Positions 31,077 to 33,347 of a DNA stretch of 33,347 nt are shown here, one piece after another (the stretch's first letter is position 1; every line of letters begins with the position of its first letter). The DNA is taken from contig JANMME010001047.1 of the NCBI GenBank assembly GCA_031373015.1, forward strand, positions 1-33,347, written 5' to 3'. The notes under the pieces are model-generated. The model ran no database searches. It was not told where the DNA came from and was given only the letters and a program-made list of their open reading frames with translations. Source of the stretch: Saprospiraceae bacterium (GTDB lineage: Bacteria > Bacteroidota > Bacteroidia > Chitinophagales > Saprospiraceae). Both the position numbers and the translations under genes were made by a program.

Positions 31077-31481
31077 ATGAAAAAAATAGCCAGATTCGTT
31101 CCCATCCTGGTCTTGATGGTGGGCTTGTTTTATCAAAGTAGCTGCTACTTTGACAATTTGCAGGAACTGCACCCTGAACTTTTGCTGAATGACAATTGCG
31201 ACACCACTGTTACCATGAGTTATCAAACGCACATAAAGCCCATTTTGAGCAATTCCTGTGGGGCTAACAATACCTGCCACAACGCACAGTCCGCCAGTGG
31301 CAGCATCGTGCTGGAAAACTACGCAGGCGTGAAGTCGGCGATCAGCAGCGGCAAATTCCTCAGCTCGATCCTTTGGGACGGCAGCTCCATACAGATGCCT
31401 AAAGACAGCCCCAGCAAACTAAACGATTGTGCCATTACCAAAATCCAAAAATGGATTGATGCCGGATCTTTGGACAATTAA
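31077..31481 (+). CDS. Small secreted or lipoprotein with a cytochrome-c-like domain, C-x5-CH variant
   Basis: Signal peptide and IKPILSNSCGANNTCHN...MPK...IQKWIDAGS. Paralogous to 30680..31045. Confidence 0.6.
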   Translation: MKKIARFVPILVLMVGLFYQSSCYFDNLQELHPELLLNDNCDTTVTMSYQTHIKPILSNSCGANNTCHNAQSASGSIVLENYAGVKSAISSGKFLSSILWDGSSIQMPKDSPSKLNDCAITKIQKWIDAGSLDN

Positions 31482-31506
31482 TTTTATTGATTTTCAACAT
31501 CTTACG

Positions 31507-32385
31507 ATGAAACTTAGACATCTAATATATTGCATCCTGTTGTCACCGCTCAGTCTTTTTGCCCAGGGAGACGACCTGCTCGCAGATATGGATCTGAAAG
31601 ACAACAGCCCTGTACTGGCCACCTTCAAAGGGACTCGACTCATCAATTTGCATACCGTAGAAGTACCAGGCCGCCGCACCCTTGATTTTCGCATTGCCCA
31701 CCGGTTTGGGCCTTTCAATGGAGGTTGGTACGATTTCTATGGCCTGGACGGAGGCGCCAGTATCCGCATGGGATTGGAATATAGTTATGATGGGCGGCTT
31801 GAGTTTGGCATTGGCCGTACTTCGGTAGAGAAAATGGCAGACGCCTTCCTAAAATATCGCCTTTTGCGTCAGCATTCGCAGGGCTGGAAACAAGTGAGCG
31901 TCACCTTGTTCTCTTCCGCATACTATACCATGCTGCGCGATCCGGACAAGGCAACGAATGGTTTTGACAAATATGCCCGCTGGACCAGCCGCATGTCGTT
32001 CGCGCACCAAGTTATTATCGGGCGCAAATTCAGCGAGCGTTTTTCGGTGCAAGTATCTCCGACGTTGGTGCATATCAACCAGGTGGAGCGTATTTCCGAC
32101 CTCAATGAAGCATTTGTGCTGGCAGGCGCCACGCGTTTCAAGATCACCAAACGCAGCGCCATTACGCTTGAATATGGTTGGCGGGCCACTGGTTACACCC
32201 GTACCAAATATTACGACACGCTTGGCGTTGGTTGGGAGGTCGAGACCGGCGGACACGTTTTTTCGATGTTTGTGACCAACTCCATGGGGCTGACCGAGCC
32301 GCAGTTCTTACTTCGCACCAACAATAAGTGGTCGAATGGCGGAATTCGCCTTGGCTTCAACATCTCACGGGTTTTCACCATTTGA
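31507..32385 (+). CDS. Outer-membrane beta-barrel protein (DUF5777-like)
   Basis: The ATG at 31507 gives the signal peptide MKLRHLIYCILLSPLSLFAQ. Motifs TRLINLHTVE, LDFRIAHRFG, GLDGGASIRMGLEY, GGHVFSMFVTNS, and a terminal aromatic residue (ISRVFTI). Confidence 0.6.
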   Translation: MKLRHLIYCILLSPLSLFAQGDDLLADMDLKDNSPVLATFKGTRLINLHTVEVPGRRTLDFRIAHRFGPFNGGWYDFYGLDGGASIRMGLEYSYDGRLEFGIGRTSVEKMADAFLKYRLLRQHSQGWKQVSVTLFSSAYYTMLRDPDKATNGFDKYARWTSRMSFAHQVIIGRKFSERFSVQVSPTLVHINQVERISDLNEAFVLAGATRFKITKRSAITLEYGWRATGYTRTKYYDTLGVGWEVETGGHVFSMFVTNSMGLTEPQFLLRTNNKWSNGGIRLGFNISRVFTI

Positions 32386-32423
32386 TTTTTTAACCACCTG
32401 TTATCTTAAGATTTATTTTTTGC

Positions 32424-33170
32424 ATGAAAAACGTGCTTTTTGTTTTCATCGTTGGAGCTGTTTTGTTGGGTCTGTTTTTGCCCTCTTGCCGACACGAATT
32501 AGGCCCGCTTCCGATCATGCCGATTGACCCGAATGACACCACTGTGGTGGTGATACCTTCTGACCCGATTGATACCACTGGCGTACCCTGCGACCCAGAC
32601 ACTGTCTATTTCCAAAACCAGATACTGCCACTGCTGGCCTCCAATTGTGCCATGTCGGGTTGTCACGATGAAATAACACATAAAGAGGGTATCATTATGA
32701 CCGATTACACGAACATCCGGCAAAAAGTAGTCCCGTTCAACCCAAATCAAAGCAAGATATACAAATCCATCATTGATACCGACCCTAACGATCGGATGCC
32801 GCGCCCGCCTGCTCCAGCGTTTACAACAGAACAGAAGAATCTGGTGAAAAAATGGATCGAACAAGGTGCCCTAAACAATGTCTGCAACGAAAGTTACGGC
32901 AAATGCGACACCACCAACGTGAGCTACACAACTTATGTACAGCCATTGGTGGCCGGAAAATGTCAGGGCTGTCATGGCATCAACAACCCAGGTGGCGGGA
33001 TCAAATTGACCAACTACGATGAAGTGAAGGCCAGTGCCCAAACGGGCAAATTTTATGGCGCCATCACTTGGTCGCCCGGCTTTAAGAAAATGCCTCAAAG
33101 CGGCCCGCAACTTTCAAGTTGTCAGACCTCGAAAGTGAAGGCTTGGATAGATGCGGGGATGCCACAATAG
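32424..33170 (+). CDS. Secreted or lipoprotein with two cytochrome-c-like domains (one C-x4-CH, one canonical CxxCH)
   Basis: LPLLASNCAMSGCHD...KKWIEQGA and VQPLVAGKCQGCHG...VKAWIDAGM. Confidence 0.65.
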   Translation: MKNVLFVFIVGAVLLGLFLPSCRHELGPLPIMPIDPNDTTVVVIPSDPIDTTGVPCDPDTVYFQNQILPLLASNCAMSGCHDEITHKEGIIMTDYTNIRQKVVPFNPNQSKIYKSIIDTDPNDRMPRPPAPAFTTEQKNLVKKWIEQGALNNVCNESYGKCDTTNVSYTTYVQPLVAGKCQGCHGINNPGGGIKLTNYDEVKASAQTGKFYGAITWSPGFKKMPQSGPQLSSCQTSKVKAWIDAGMPQ

Positions 33171-33347
33171 CCGGGGGAGACGGCATATTAAATCTATCTT
33201 AAACCTACATGAGTCATCCCGAATTTTAAAAAACCGCAAAACAGGAGAACCGCAAAATATAAAACCGCAAAACCAAGAAATTCAAGCGCTCGAGTGAGCC
33301 AAAATTTGCCCTTTTTGAGATCAATACGTTTGGTTTTGAATTTTCCG

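Noticed and set aside
33232-33272. Three AACCGCAAAA words spaced 15-16 nt apart near the window end (iteron-like)
   Set aside because: There are only three short A-rich copies at the window edge, with unknown downstream context. Too weak to call a regulatory array.

Overview
Bacteroidota-type chromosomal segment, judged from a T9SS C-terminal sorting domain, TTTG/TAnnTTTG promoters and an ExbB-ExbD-ExbD-TonB cluster. Positions 1-12.9 kb are housekeeping: gmhA, a GT2 glycosyltransferase, a large BNR-repeat T9SS-secreted protein, a Tat-exported Gfo/Idh/MocA oxidoreductase, a Ton cluster with an extra exbD-tonB pair, and dgkA. This part is punctuated by unusual short-period (7-8 nt) tandem repeats, one of them inside the GT2 reading frame. 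Positions 12.96-14.0 kb hold two tRNA-Ser genes embedded in GC-rich palindromic (REP-like) repeats, plus a small GIY-YIG gene interrupted by an in-frame TAA. Positions 13976-30279 are a ~16.3-kb island integrated into tRNA-Ser(CGA), bounded by a 15-bp direct repeat. In order it carries a tyrosine integrase, a hypothetical gene, an excisionase-like HTH, a rolling-circle HUH Rep and a type I R-M operon (hsdR-hsdM-hsdS). Next comes an AT-rich cargo block: a putAbiC-like membrane protein, a 201-aa unknown, a TM/coiled-coil ORF and a pentapeptide-repeat ORF. It continues with a divergent SH3-like pair and a protein carrying an R-x4-H motif. A diverged 81-bp copy of the hsdS 3' end follows, and then a split, order-inverted HipA-like kinase pair. 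Positions 30.4-33.2 kb hold small lipoproteins with cytochrome-c-like domains around a DUF5777-like beta-barrel. The best candidate for an undescribed system is the four-ORF cassette fused to the end of the R-M operon (23051-26073). It lies in what looks like a cargo-swapping slot bounded by the hsdS 3' end and a conserved terminator element. All product calls rest on motif recognition by eye; no database search was run.
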